A stretch of DNA of 61,855 bases, counting the filler, from Choristocarpus tenellus KU-1152 (Eukaryota > Protista > Phaeophyceae), in assembly GCA_964200185.2 (NCBI GenBank). It is 8 parts of 8 records of this genome, joined end to end, with 100 filler letters (N's around TTAATTAATTAA, not from the genome) between each part and the next. Parts side by side here need not be neighbours in the genome. Positions count along the whole stretch, not along the records: positions 1 to 14,363 come from CAXNAD020001218.1; positions 14,464 to 21,660 come from CAXNAD020006551.1; positions 21,761 to 30,109 come from CAXNAD020004823.1; 5 more parts are not named here. One strand, given 5' to 3'. Shown one piece after another: positions 10,342 to 22,955 of the stretch. The position numbers and the translations under genes were made by a program. The notes under the pieces are model-generated. The model was not told the origin of the DNA and did not search any database. It saw only the letters and a program-made list of their open reading frames with translations. Each line of letters starts with the position of its first letter. Position 1 is the stretch's first letter.

Positions 10342-10559
10342 CTGATGAGGGAAATGTTTTTTTAAACAGCAATGTATGAATGTACAAGAAGAGAGTTAGT
10401 GTCCCAAAGAGATGTTTCGAATTTTTGAAATGTCATCTGTGGGTGCCCCATTATTATGTACTGTGTTGTATTACGTTTTCTGAATAGATATTAGTGTGTA
10501 AGCAACAGATGAAAAAAAACAACTAGGTACAGAATGTACATTGATGCAGGCAATCCTCT

Positions 10560-10816
10560 GAGTCAAAGTATCTCAGAGGGTACAAGTTTTGCCCTGTTTG
10601 TCCATTTGGGGCTTGGCTTCTCAAGGATTTTTAATGACATTTCTTCTACTTTGAAATGTTTTTGGAGTAGGTAAAATGTAAACACTATAAATTTGTCTGG
10701 AATAAGGATATTTGACTCTTCGTAACAAACGCAATGGTCGAAATTACATCAAAATCGCAACATTGGATTTTGGACCCCAAACGGACACAGCTCTACCCTC
10801 TAAGATACTTTGACTC
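10560..10816. mobile_element. MITE-like element, family A (complete copy, intronic)
   Basis: TIRs GAGTCAAAGTATCTCAGAGGGTA / TACCCTCTAAGATACTTTGACTC; same internal sequence recurs several times in the window. Confidence 0.8.
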
Positions 10817-11015
10817 CTAAGAGCTTTGTGGTGAAACAGCCCTATGATAGGCTTCACCTACTACAATGCAGGTGCGGACACACAAACACTCTAGAACCAG
10901 GAGTGCTCTCTTTGGCAAATCATATGCTGATACACCCCCTACATTTTTTCTCCCTCGTGCCCAAAAAGGAGTGATATACTTTTGACTACCCTTTGCTCTT
11001 GTGTGAGGATCCTAC

Positions 11016-11061
11016 CTCTAATTTTGTAGACGGATCGTGGCCTAATTCTCGTAACACAACA
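11016..11061 (-). CDS. Candidate small internal exon of the IQ/WW gene (VVLRELGHDPSTKLE)
   Basis: taacag| acceptor and |gtagga donor; phase-0 end matches the phase-0 acceptor at 10341. Confidence 0.4.
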
Positions 11062-13430
11062 CTGTTACAAACTATTTTTGGAAATAAAAACAGATACTAT
11101 CAAGAAGAGTCAGTCTGAGAAGTCCAGCGGAGGTTGAAGGTAACTGCATCCTTCAGAGTCTTGTAGACCTTCCGAAGCCTTGGGATGGTCTTGAGTATAG
11201 CTCTCAAGCATGTCAGAAACTCCATTATATGTTGCTGTGATAAGAGGCTTTCTTTCTGCCTTGAAGCACCTCCGCAATCACTGCCTTTTTTTCAATCAGC
11301 TTAAAATTTTTCTTTTTGTAATATCAGACATCTTCTGACCATTGTATTCGCCTAGTGTGTGACTGACTGGAAGGTCTCTGACCAGGGTTTTGAAATTAAG
11401 GTCGTGCTTTCATACTGCGTTGCATATAGGCTTATGATGATAGTACTGGGTGCCTTCAAGCACATGGAAGGGGAAAAAATCGTATAGGGGCTGCCCAAAC
11501 AAGCTGCATCGTAGCATTTTTTACCAATGGCAAGAGAGAGGAAATACTCACATTGATATTATATTGGCGGTGAGTGTTGTTTTGTTTCGTCTGTGTCATG
11601 GTTTTAAGCTGACACTAGTCGTAAGTACTCTTTACCAGTCAGTACATGTCATAACGTAGACATGCAAGCGGGTGGCCAAGAAGCGTGGTGTGTGATGGTT
11701 GGTATGGTATGTACCCAGCGTGTCAGACAAATCCCTCAATTAGTCCAAAAACTCCAATTCTGATGACTATCATTTTCCTCTGTAAACTCCGGAGCGTATC
11801 CGCTGACAACACAGCGCTGCATTTGCAAGAACAAAGCCTAAGAGCTCTTATCATTCTCCATTTTCAAAACTGCCTGACCACAGCTCATCCCCCCACCTGC
11901 ATCTATGAGGCTAGATAAAGGCACTCCAAGGGGTCGCCCAACCAAGTCCGGCTCACAATGATATGTGCCAGCAGAACAGTGTCCCAATTTTTGGATCTGA
12001 TATTATCTGTCCGCCACTTGATTGACAGTCATACAAAGAACTTGCTCATGGAGGGGTTGAAACCAAGAGGCTACAGAGCAGTAGTAGGGCATACTCGTAG
12101 CATGCAAAGTATTATTAGTGATTGGAACAATGGTATAAAAATAAATAGTAACAGAAAAAATATATTATTTGCGGAAAGTCCAAGATGTAGGGAAAGGTAT
12201 GAGAAAAAGACTCAAGAGCAATAAATGGTCAAATGTCCCATGGATCCAATAGAAGGACTGCGATCGTTGTGCAGCACCTAACATGCCACTACAATTATTC
12301 TGTGTCTGCTTCTCTCTTACAAGGTATGTTTGAAATATGTGAGCAGTTTTTTGTCTTTTGTTTTGTCACCACCGGAGGTACAACAGACCATTACAGTTTT
12401 CAGGATTCGAATCCCCCCGAAGGCACACTACTATGGGCCCTATCAATAAGGTTGGCCCCACAGTGCGTGCTGCAATACATTGATAAGTTGAACCATACCG
12501 CCTTTTCAGCAACTTATGCTTGAAATAGTCTTACATTGTTGCCCACCGGTTTAGAAGACCAAGCGGTTATCTGCTCCGAAGGGTACAGCACTATCTCAAT
12601 GTCTTATCAGACCAGAGACCACAGTGCTACCACCAACATCCGTGGTTCATCATCAGACTAGTCACACACGTCTCCAGTTCTACACAAAACAATCATACTT
12701 GATTATCTCAACCGCCTCCTACTTAATCTTCTTTCGCACATGAGTTCAAGCATATTCTTCGCACCACAGAATAATTACCTCCTCCCCCTCCCCCCTCCCC
12801 CACATTTCAGGTGTGCGTTGCTCAACGCCTCAGAGCATACTAGGACTTGCATTTGTAATGCAATCTTGTCTCAACCCTTCATGATGCTGACTTTTAATTG
12901 AGCACTTGCTGTGCTTGCCACTTTTGGAGGTAAAATGGGGAAACAAAAGTGGTATGGATTGGATAAAAAAATATCCCCACAAGCATAAATTTCGTTGAAA
13001 TATTATTATTGTTGCCAGCAGTTGCTGTAGTATAATGTATTTGTGGTTGGTTCCAGGACTCAACGTGTTGGGGAGGTGGATAGTGTGTGTATGTATGTGT
13101 GCAGGGGGGGCTATGGCCTGTTCTTCCACTTCTCATCGATACTCTGGAATAGGCCACAACCCAATAACGCGGTAATAGTAAATGAACACACTTTTTACAT
13201 GTACCAGCACTGCTCATTGATTCTATTTCACACGCACACAGTCACACACTGTCACACACACACAATTATTGTTGCATCCACTCCAATTTCTTGAGTGAGT
13301 TCTCAAGAGTGTGGCAACAGCAAGGAAGTACGTACTTTGAGTACTCCAAAGTGCTCAGTAGCACATGTACCAAATCTGTATGATGATTACCGACTTACTG
13401 TATTGCATGTGACAGTATTGCTCAGCACAC

Positions 13431-14123
13431 CTGCTCCATCCCTTCAATCTTTGCCTCGATATCTCGCAGGAACAGGTCCAGAGAACAACGGACGAGTTCT
13501 CTCCGTCGCCCCACTTCTTGTTCACCCTCCTTCCGTCGACTGGGATTGCTGCTGCTTGTTTGGGTACTTGCTTCTAACCTGCAACGACCTGTAGCACACC
13601 TTTCCAGTATTGTTCCCAACTCGCTTGTCACCGAGTGACCTGGTTCCTCTGCATCGATTTGGACTTGATCCTCCTTCTGATGGCTCTCTTCGGCCCACTG
13701 TTTTTTTTCCACGTCCACCTGTCCCGCCACAAGTCCTTGGTCAATGTCAGCACCTGACCTCATGCATTGCTGTCTGTCAGGGCGGCTAATGAATGCACAG
13801 GACAATGGACTTGCCTGCTCCTCCTCCATCCCCACCTCTTCTTTTGTCTGACTTTTTTTTTCTCCTGATGCCACTGGCAGCTCAGGAAGTTTGTCCCTCC
13901 TGGCGGATTTAGGGACCACAGCTATCTGAGTACTGTCGTTATGATTGGCTACAACTGAGGGTGCCTCTGCTGCTTTCTGTGTCTGAATTGTTGTTGTCCC
14001 CATCACATCGTCTTGTAGAGGCATTGTCTTAGGGGGCCGAACCATAGCTGCAGTGTTGGTTTGGTTGCGGTGCCAGGACCGAGCTTTAATCACCTTTAGC
14101 AGCCGTATGCGATGAGGCCTGCA
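13431..14123 (-). CDS. Coding exon, probably an upstream exon of the IQ/WW gene (5' part lost at the contig end)
   Basis: ttttccatag| acceptor, open frame of 231 codons, GAGCAG|gtgtgc donor; same strand and hydrophilic composition as the IQ/WW exon. Confidence 0.55.
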
Positions 14124-14286
14124 CTATGGAAAAATATAAGAAGAACAAGTGCAAATGGGTACAATACGGGCCATTGATATAGCAATTCTAACCTCACAGA
14201 GTCCTGAGACGTTTGCATACCCGTATTTATATCCCTCTTTCTATTTATTGCAGTCTCTTTGTGAGCATGAACCTTTTCATCCTACT

Positions 14287-14363
14287 GGGTCAAAGTATCT
14301 GGGGGGGGGGGTGTTGGCGTCCATTTTCACCCTTTTTTCGATTTTCACTTTTTTGGCGTGATT
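14287..14363. mobile_element. MITE-like family C2 end, truncated by contig end
   Basis: GGGTCAAAGTATCT-G(n) terminus; reverse-complement match to 36276-36374. Confidence 0.65.
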
Positions 14364-14463
14364 NNNNNNNNNNNNNNNNNNNNNNNNNNNNNNNNNNNNN
14401 NNNNNNNTTAATTAATTAANNNNNNNNNNNNNNNNNNNNNNNNNNNNNNNNNNNNNNNNNNNN
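14364..14463. other. Artificial contig spacer (N44-TTAATTAATTAA-N44)
   Basis: Exactly 100 nt with a six-frame stop linker; seven identical copies in the window. Confidence 0.98.
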
Positions 14464-16398
14464 CTTGAGCACCCTAGCCAGCTGAAACAGGGACAGTCCT
14501 TTGTTGACCTGTTCCTCCTCTGCCAGCTCTGCCCCGTCCAGTTCGTCCTCCTCCCCTGCCCTCAGTTTTTCATAGAACGATCTTTTTCCATTATTGCCCA
14601 AGTAGAGAAATAGGAAGGGGGCAGTAGAGACACGGAGAGAGAGAGAGAGAGAGATAATCAGGACCATCACCTAATATTATCCTTCTATTGTATATAGAAA
14701 AATAGAGATGTATCTTTATCTTTATTTTTGATGGTCATGGTATCACTAACAAAGTAGACAATACGTACATTCAGTCATGCTAACAACGACATATCGGCCC
14801 TTCAGAATAAAAAAAAATTAACTATTAAAATTAACTATTTCATTACCATTGCTTACAAAACATGTTTCGATCGGTGTGATTCTTGTATTAGGATAAATAT
14901 ACAATGAGTAGATGTTACTATAATAAATACAACAACTGTGTGGTAGTGTATACTATGAATATTATTACTATAACAATTATACTTCAGAGTAGAATGGTTG
15001 AGATTCTCCTATCACAACAAATGCATACAATACTATAACAAATAGAACACAAATTTACACTATATTACATACCCAAAAAAAAAAATAAAAAATGTGTTAC
15101 TTCAACTTGCAAAAAAAAACATACATAAACTACTACAAATGCAACGTAACCTTTACATGACCCTAACAAATACAACAACGCTGATTGTCCTTTCTACCAT
15201 CACAAATACATACATTACAGTTGACAAATACAACACTCATCAGCAAAAACGTTTTATTCACACAAAAATAAAAATATTCTACTAATAAAATATGAAAAAA
15301 AGTACCACACCATGTACACACTATCAAAGAAAAATATGTATGTTCCAACTATCATACAACCAGTTCACCTAAGACCAAGTTCCACATAATCTGTCTACCA
15401 ACATACATATCACATATACATAATATCACATCATACATATCACATATAATAGGAAAAATAATGGAATACTTGAGGTGAGATCATCCTTCAACATCCACAC
15501 CTGTTCCATAATATTCTTAGAATGTTCTTTAGGGTGATGAAAAGAAAAAGTGATTCTTTGAAAAAATAAAAAATAGATTGCACTATACCTCTTGCATAGA
15601 CGAAATCATCAGTCACGTGAACACCCACCATCTCTTGTCAAACTCTCCAAGTCAATCGGGAAGTACACAATCCCTTCCAATCTCTAACTATAATTAAACA
15701 AAAAAAAAACAATAGTCCAACCAAAAAAGAACAAAAAATATCTATTCCTAACCCTATAACCCTAACCCTAACCCTAACCCCCTAACAATAACCCTAACAG
15801 AACACGTAAAATAATTTAAACACAATAAATATTATACTATGTAATAATTCTGAAACCGAGTGAACAACAACCAACGATTCAAATCATGAAACATACGTAA
15901 TAGAGCAGCTATTACAATTCCGAAATTTAAAAAAAAACATCAAAAAACATCACGACTCTGACACCCATTCGACGAAACAGCCATTACCTTCCTGAAACGC
16001 TCCGGGCTTGAACCTTACCTTCCTTTTCCAATCTAATAAATAGATCACTCACTCTCTACACAACAACAATCAAACAGCACCATACCAAAATACACACACA
16101 AACACTACTGTGATTCGGGTTTCCACACCATGGTAAGGCAATTTCAACAATGTATCAACTGTAGTAAACGATCGAGGCTTTTTTGTCAGTCTAGACAGTT
16201 AGCGTGGCCGGGGTCCAAGCCAAGCCTCAATGGCGAACCACTGGTCCAGACACATTGAAACAGTTGAGAACCCATAGACCGGTCTCAATAGAACCCACTG
16301 GTACCAGACCAGCGCCAAATCGAAACTGTTGGCAGCCATGAACCTACCCTTGTAAAAATATCATGGTACCGGACTGGACCGTAGCACAGCCATGTTGA

Positions 16399-16451
<53 letters not shown>

Positions 16452-17286
16452 TAATAATAATAATACACACCCGCAGAAAAAAAAGTATTTTTTTTTTACC
16501 AGATCGGCCCAGCCCTAAAATCACATGCCAAAACACCCCAAATAAATGTGGGAATAACATCCTTCGTGTATACATACATACATACATACATACATACATA
16601 CACGCATATATACATACATACATACATACATACATACATACATGCATATATATATATATTAAATAAATAAACCGGGTTGACTCTGTACCAAGTTTGATGG
16701 TCCAACATGACTCCAGACTGACCACCATTCCGGTCTACATCACAATCTCTCATGACTCTGGTCAAGACATGCCCGGAAACATTCAAACCCGTCAGACATG
16801 CCTGGGGGACCCCGATCTGGACAACATTAAAGAACATTGTCCAATACAGAAGGTGTCAAGGTGTCAAAGGAGCTGATCTGGACAACATTAAAGAACATTG
16901 TCCAATACAGAAGGTGTGGAGGTGTCAAAGGAGCTGATCTGGACAACATTCAAGAACATTGTGAAAGGAGCTGATCTGGACACCTCAGAAGATATGTTGG
17001 AACCGGTACAGGCCAAGCGAGGGACTGACTGGTCCCTTCACACATACCACTCCAGATAAAAATTTAAAAAAATTTAAAAAAAATAAATAAACTGGAAATC
17101 ATTGCAGGGCTCAGTACCAAAACAAAAGAGAACACTTCATCCGTTGTCGTACCTGGCAGTGATGGCACGAACCGCCTTCCTAACCTTACGCAAAGCCTGC
17201 AACTCCAAGCACCCCAAGACAATCGTCACAACCGGCACTGACAAGCCTCCCTTCGTTCCATCCTCAGAGGCTGCTGCAAAACCAAC
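14464..17286 (-). CDS. Partial spliced gene of unknown function: exons 17153-17286 and 14464-14581 (3' end lost); possible further exon 20453-20560
   Basis: ctag|GTTGGT...GCCAG|gtacga (phase 2) joins aaaag|ATCG (phase 2) to give ...KAVRAITARSFYEKLRAGEEDELDG...; GC-rich exons in an AT-rich background. Confidence 0.55.
15748..15797. repeat. Interstitial telomeric-type (CCCTAA)n tract
   Basis: ccctaaccctataaccctaaccctaaccctaacccc...; similar tracts at ~36947-36973 and ~58722-58769. Confidence 0.8.
16400..16660. repeat. (AAT)n and (TACA)n/(TA)n microsatellites
   Basis: Directly visible. Confidence 0.9.
16814..16983. repeat. 61-bp tandem repeat (2 full copies plus deleted partial copies)
   Basis: GATCTGGAC unit starts at 16814, 16875, 16936 and 16973. 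Confidence 0.9.
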
Positions 17287-18619
17287 CTAGATCGCACATG
17301 TAACCGACGCATCTAATCAGGAAAAGAGATAGATAGATAGATAGATAGATAGGTAACACACCATATATATATATATATATATATATGGTGACATTTTGAG
17401 AGCTAATATCAAGAAATTAAAAAAATAGTCCATAGTGTCTTGTCCACACTAGATTGAAAAAAAAAAATAGATTTTATAAGATATATGTATTTTTTTAATA
17501 GCAGTATACCATTGCACTCCGTAAGGTCAAGTACGATCAACATTCACAAACACACTTCTCACAACAAAAGAAATAAATAAATCATACTGTCAACCGCCAA
17601 TTATTGTATTAGTCCCGATACAACCAATCAAGAGTCACCAACTTCCTTTTGTTTCTTCAGTTCTTTTCACAGGGGAGAAATTTCCCAGAACCATCTCGGT
17701 GGCCGTAAATTGTGACATGACCACAAAACAAGGTATACCTCTAGCCTGCTCTGTAAGGATTTGCACCACTCTCCTATTATCTTTCAAGTCCTTCAAAACT
17801 GAGCTATTAATACCAAGGCAACAAAACAAGGCCAGTATCGTAAAACTAATTTAACATATATTTACATATCACTGTACTATTAACAGTATCTAAAATTAAG
17901 TGCACATATATACATAATACTGTACTATTAACAGTCTCTAAAAATAATTCTCAACACATATAAACATATTACTGTACTATTAACAGTACCTATCTGTACA
18001 AAACCCTTTGCTGTTCCACTCTCAGCTACACATGCATCTATCCGTATCATGCCTAAATAAACCAATAAACCAGTAACACATTCCAAACAGGAAGGCGTGA
18101 TGCTACACTTTCCTCGACACAGATAGTAGTGGTACCACAACTGAAGTGTACAAAGCCCCCTCAACTTGAAAAATATATATTCTGCTTAAAATTAGGAACA
18201 GAAAGAAGTTATCAAGGTTAGGGATTTGTACCTTTTTCCCAGGGTATACAACACTTTGTACCTTACAACACTCTGTACCATGACAACACTTTGTACCATT
18301 ACAAGAACACACACAAAAAGCACAATAGTAAGGTTATTTTGGGTAGAGACAACTATTACTATACACTCTGTGTCCTCCAGTGCAAAACTTCCTTCACAAG
18401 CAATTGCACTAATAAAAAAAGTTACATCATTCTATCATCACTACTATATTATCATCTTTCATCACAATGGACTCGAAGTAAACCACTAGGGTTAGGGTTA
18501 CAAGTTTGTTGCTGCTTATCAAAGTATCACTATTTTAAAAATAAGATGAATATTCAATCGTTGCATAATCTGAATCCCTCTTGTCAAAAACACAACTCCC
18601 AATCCTCTAAAACCGTTGT

Positions 18620-19425
18620 TATTATTATTATTACTATACACTGTACTGTTCACATTATTATCATTATCACTATTACTATTACACTGTACTGTTCACATTA
18701 TTATCATTATTACTATACACTGTACTGTTCACATTATTATTATTATTATTACTATTACAATTACACTGTACTGTTAAGATTGTTATTATTATTACTATTA
18801 CTATTACACTGTACTGTTAAGATTATTATTATTATTACTATTACTATACACTGTACTGTTCACATTATTATTATTATTATACACTGTACTGTTCACATTA
18901 TTATTATTATTACTATAACTATTACACTGTACTGTTCACATTATTATTATTATTACTATAACTATTACACTGTACTATTAAGATTGTTATTATTATTACC
19001 ATTACTATTACACTGTACTGTTAAGATTGTTATTATTATTACTATTACTATTACACTGTACTGTTCACATTATTATTATTACAATTACACTGTACTGTTC
19101 AGATTATTGTTGTCATTATTATCATTACTATTACTATTACACTGTACTGTTGACATTATTATTATCATTATTATTATTATTACTACTACACTGTACTGTT
19201 CATATTGTTACTATTATTACTCTTACACTTTACTGGTCAAATTATTATTATTATTATTACTATTACACTGTACTGGTCAGATTATTGTTATCATTATCAT
19301 TACTATTACTATTACACTGTACTGGTCAGATTATTGTAATTATCACTATTACACTGTACTGTTCAGAATATTATCATTATTATCATTACTATTACTATTA
19401 CAATGTAATGTTCAGATTATTATCT
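18620..19425. repeat. Composite minisatellite: ~19 copies of TACACTGTACTGTTCAC-like core separated by variable (TTA/CTA/TCA)n
   Basis: Cores from 18637 to 19399, spacing about 33-52 nt. Confidence 0.9.
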
Positions 19426-20067
19426 TCACATTAGACTTACATTACTCAATATATTCCAGCATTGTCAGACTACCAACTATAGTAAACCCTGCCAAAAATA
19501 ATAACTATTTTAACTATATCAATAACTTGTGGGGCCCCAATACAATAATGAAGGTCAAATGTTGTCTTCCCCAAAAAAAATAATTTCGACAACGATACTT
19601 GGAGCGGCATTTATTCATGGGATGAAGAAGGATAGCATCAACGATCGACCTGAAAGGAGGGTCCTCTTGGCACTTCCAGTTTTAAAAAAAATTATATTAT
19701 GTCCTCATTCAAAAACAATTTTTTTCAAACGGGATTATTTTTGTCAATGCAATCTTCGGGGTTTTTTTAATACTACACACACGGTGCATCTTTCTATTAA
19801 TTATTTTTATTTATTTTTATTTATTGTATTTATTTAAAAGGAATTCAGTGAATGCTCTTCGCAGTAGTGATGCAAAATAGTAACAATCTTGATGAGGTGC
19901 AGTTAAACTGGTGACCAAATAATTTGCACAGATCTTGAAAGATACCTCGAATAAGTTTGAAATGAGAAAAAAAAAGTACTTTACTTTGTTCTTTCATTAC
20001 TTTATACAGTTCAAAGAAGGAAATATGTCGGTCATGGTTTCTTGTTCTACGATGATATTAATCTTAC

Positions 20068-20119
20068 TATTATGCCCTGTGACATTTTATAGATGTGTCA
20101 GGGGAAAAAGCAATGAAAA
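20068..20119 (-). mobile_element. Family B short retroposon-like repeat (diverged copy)
   Basis: Reverse complement of TTTTCATTG...CCCCTGACACATCT..AAAATGTCA.AGGGCATAATA. Confidence 0.7.
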
Positions 20120-20825
20120 GCCAATCAAACGTCAGAACTCCTCAAAAAATAACAGTATATAAAGAGTATAAATTATATCACCCCCCTTTCAATAACCCAC
20201 GCATTTTTGGAAGCACAAGCGGTGTACTAGGTAAGGTTATACCATCAAGTGCGAGAGTACCTGGGTTCAATTCCTCTTTGGATCTTCCTTTATTTCGGTC
20301 TTCCTTCATTTTATTAAATATATTGGTATACCCATGCCTCGCGAACGCGTTCATTGGTGCCACTCACACACTCCCCGTCGAAAAACACGTCCAAAATTTC
20401 AACGGTACAACCGACTCATTCACTGCAGAACATGCACAAGTATTTCTACATACCACTCCACTGCCTGCATTAGCACGTACAAATCCTTCCCAGTACAAAT
20501 CCACTGAGATGAATCCCTCACCAACAACCACCTTGTTGGAACATTTTGCCCCACAGAACTCTTAGAAACAGAAACACAAACGGCCACAACCGACAAGCAT
20601 CCACAAGTTAACGATTTAAACCTCCAAAAAAAAAAAAACTCGATTTGCCATGATGCACCCTGATGCGCTCAACTCAGACCCACAAAAGGGACCTACCCTT
20701 GACTAATTTAATCGGAAATTGACCATCAATAGTACACCACAGCATCGGATTTGGCTTGATATGTTTTGATTTGGTTAGTGCAAACGTTAGAGACCAAATA
20801 CTCTCAAAAGTATAGCTCCGAAGAC

Positions 20826-20928
20826 AGCCAATAGATAGAAGTCAAATGGCCTCAAAGAGCCAATAGATAGAAGTCAAATGGCCTCAAAGAGACACTAGAT
20901 AGAAGTCAAATGGCCTCAAAGAGACACT
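20826..20928. repeat. 32/33-bp tandem repeat, 3 copies
   Basis: TAGATAGAAGTCAAATGGCCTCAAAGAG repeated three times. Confidence 0.9.
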
Positions 20929-21660
20929 CGACAACGGGCTTCCCGGAGCAAACAGAACCAGACCCGGTTTTTTTTTCCGGACACACACATTTTTTTTCTT
21001 TTTTTCCATGAGTTCTTATCCTTAGTCCTGGAAGGATCCTACAAAATTTATTCAATCCAGAATATTGTTCTTTTCTCTCCCTCTCTCTGCCTCAAACAAA
21101 GAGAACAAACTAGTGACATGCGAAAGAATAATTCTATTACGTACAAAAAAAAAAATGTTACCGCTTCCTGGAACAATAATTTAGCAAATCGGAACCGAAA
21201 TACTACTGAACTGCTCCTGTTCCGGACAACAAAAGGTACAGGACCAAAAAAGGGAAGAACAAAACACATACACGGGGAACATCAAACACCAATCAAACAC
21301 CAATCAAACACCAACCCTGAAGACAAACGTGAAGCGAGAGCCTTGCGCTGTACAAAGGATGCCATGGACCAAACGGACTCAGTTGTTACACACACACACA
21401 TCAGACGCTACAGTGCAAGTGGTCCTCAAAACCTTTTCCTAGCAACAAGCAAGCTCGATGAGGTAAAATGGCCCTAACCCTAATGTAGTCATATGGCAAA
21501 GGGATTTCTTCCGGGTCAAATATTAAGCAACTTAGGACACTTAGGACAGTACTGGCTAGTGTTGAATTTTTGGTCTTCCAAGGTTTGAACAGTTAACATA
21601 CTGGTGGCCTAGTGGTCGGTAGACACAGGGCAGGGAGACCCGGGGGGGGGGGCACATTTG

Positions 21661-21760
21661 NNNNNNNNNNNNNNNNNNNNNNNNNNNNNNNNNNNNNNNN
21701 NNNNTTAATTAATTAANNNNNNNNNNNNNNNNNNNNNNNNNNNNNNNNNNNNNNNNNNNN
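21661..21760. other. Artificial contig spacer
   Basis: N44-TTAATTAATTAA-N44. Confidence 0.98.
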
Positions 21761-21898
21761 CTCTAACATTTTGCTGATGTGTCAGGGGGAAACCAATGAA
21801 AACTATATACATATGTCTATATAATATTATGCATATATATAGTTTTCATTGATTTCACCCCTGACACATCTGCAAAATGTCAGAGGGCATAATAATAA
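21761..21898. mobile_element. Two family B repeats head-to-head forming a ~125-bp imperfect palindrome
   Basis: ..GATGTGTCAGGGGGAAACCAATGAAAACTATA, ~30-nt AT spacer, TATAGTTTTCATTGATTTCACCCCTGACACATCTGCAAAATGTCAGAGGGCATAATAATAA. Confidence 0.8.
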
Positions 21899-22955
21899 AT
21901 ATGTTCTGTTGTATATGGATAAGATTTGTTTTCCTGCTGTTCTTTTTGTATTCTCTATATTATCTTCCCTCTTCTTCACTCTCTATTATGTTGTTTGAAA
22001 ACTCCCCGATATATTTCTTAATTTTTCAATTAGCAACATGTCAGTAAATATTCTAGTAGTAAATATGGGATCCATAAGTCATCCTCCCATGGTCACGGAA
22101 AATATAATAGAACCCATTCTTTCACTACTCAAAGAAGAATGGGAGGAGACCAAGCTTATAACAGAATTGCACTGAATATATTTTGAGTTCTTCCTTATCA
22201 TCTAATATCTCAAAATGACAAATCTTGGGAGGCAAATATATTTACGATTATATTTTTCAGACCATATATCAGTAGTATACTTTTGACACCATATATCAAC
22301 ACATGAATTTCTACATCGAAATATATATTCACTGATAAGACGTCAGAAAAAAATCGTATTTTTCTAAAGAACTGAAAACCACTATATTGAAACTGATTAC
22401 TCAACCTGATTAACTTTTTAGACAAGTATTTTCGTCCGATCAAGACTTCTTATGACGTACAACTATTTGATATGCAATAGGAAATTCAGTTTCCAGATCA
22501 GTAATAGAGATGAGGGATTTCAGATTTTTCCAAACCGTTGATCACTTGAAAAAAGAATTTCGGACGGAATGAGTTCATGAGGTAAACACCCTTGAGCAGT
22601 TTTCAGACCCCTGCAAACTATTTACTTTGACCATCGTGATTCACTACACAGAGGAGGAAAGCTTCCTGTGTCGGTCTATCACAGGCGCGAAGTACCAGGA
22701 TCAACTACATCGTCCTACGTAAGTTATCCTTGGAGAACAAAGGGGATTTTGCTCGGAGCTGAACTCACCGAGTAGTATTTTCGCGTTTGGCCTGTTTGGA
22801 TGACTCTCTAAAGTGTGAATCCGACAAGGCGGAAACATACTTGCTGTGAAGGTGGAGGTTCAGGTCCTGCCTAGGCTCCACTGAAGATTGAAGTTTTTTT
22901 TGTGCCTGCATATTTAAAAAGACTGGTATCCGTGGCCTTGGAGGCAAACCCACCC

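Noticed and set aside
14408-14419. TTAATTAATTAA motif repeated seven times between N-runs
   Set aside because: Synthetic six-frame stop linker used to concatenate contigs; not biological, and it invalidates gene-neighbourhood inference across it
17871-19425. CRISPR array interpretation of the repeat-spacer structures
   Set aside because: Spacers are low-complexity or related to each other, cores are short, no cas genes are present and the context is eukaryotic
18291-19583. 430-aa ORF rich in I/Y/L/H/C
   Set aside because: (TTA)n has no stop in any plus-strand frame, so the ORF is a by-product of the minisatellite
20215-22885. tRNA-like fragments (GGTTCAATTCC at ~20263, TGGCCTAGTGG at ~21605, GGTTCAGGTCC at ~22857)
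   Set aside because: No complete cloverleaf could be built; at most decayed SINE heads
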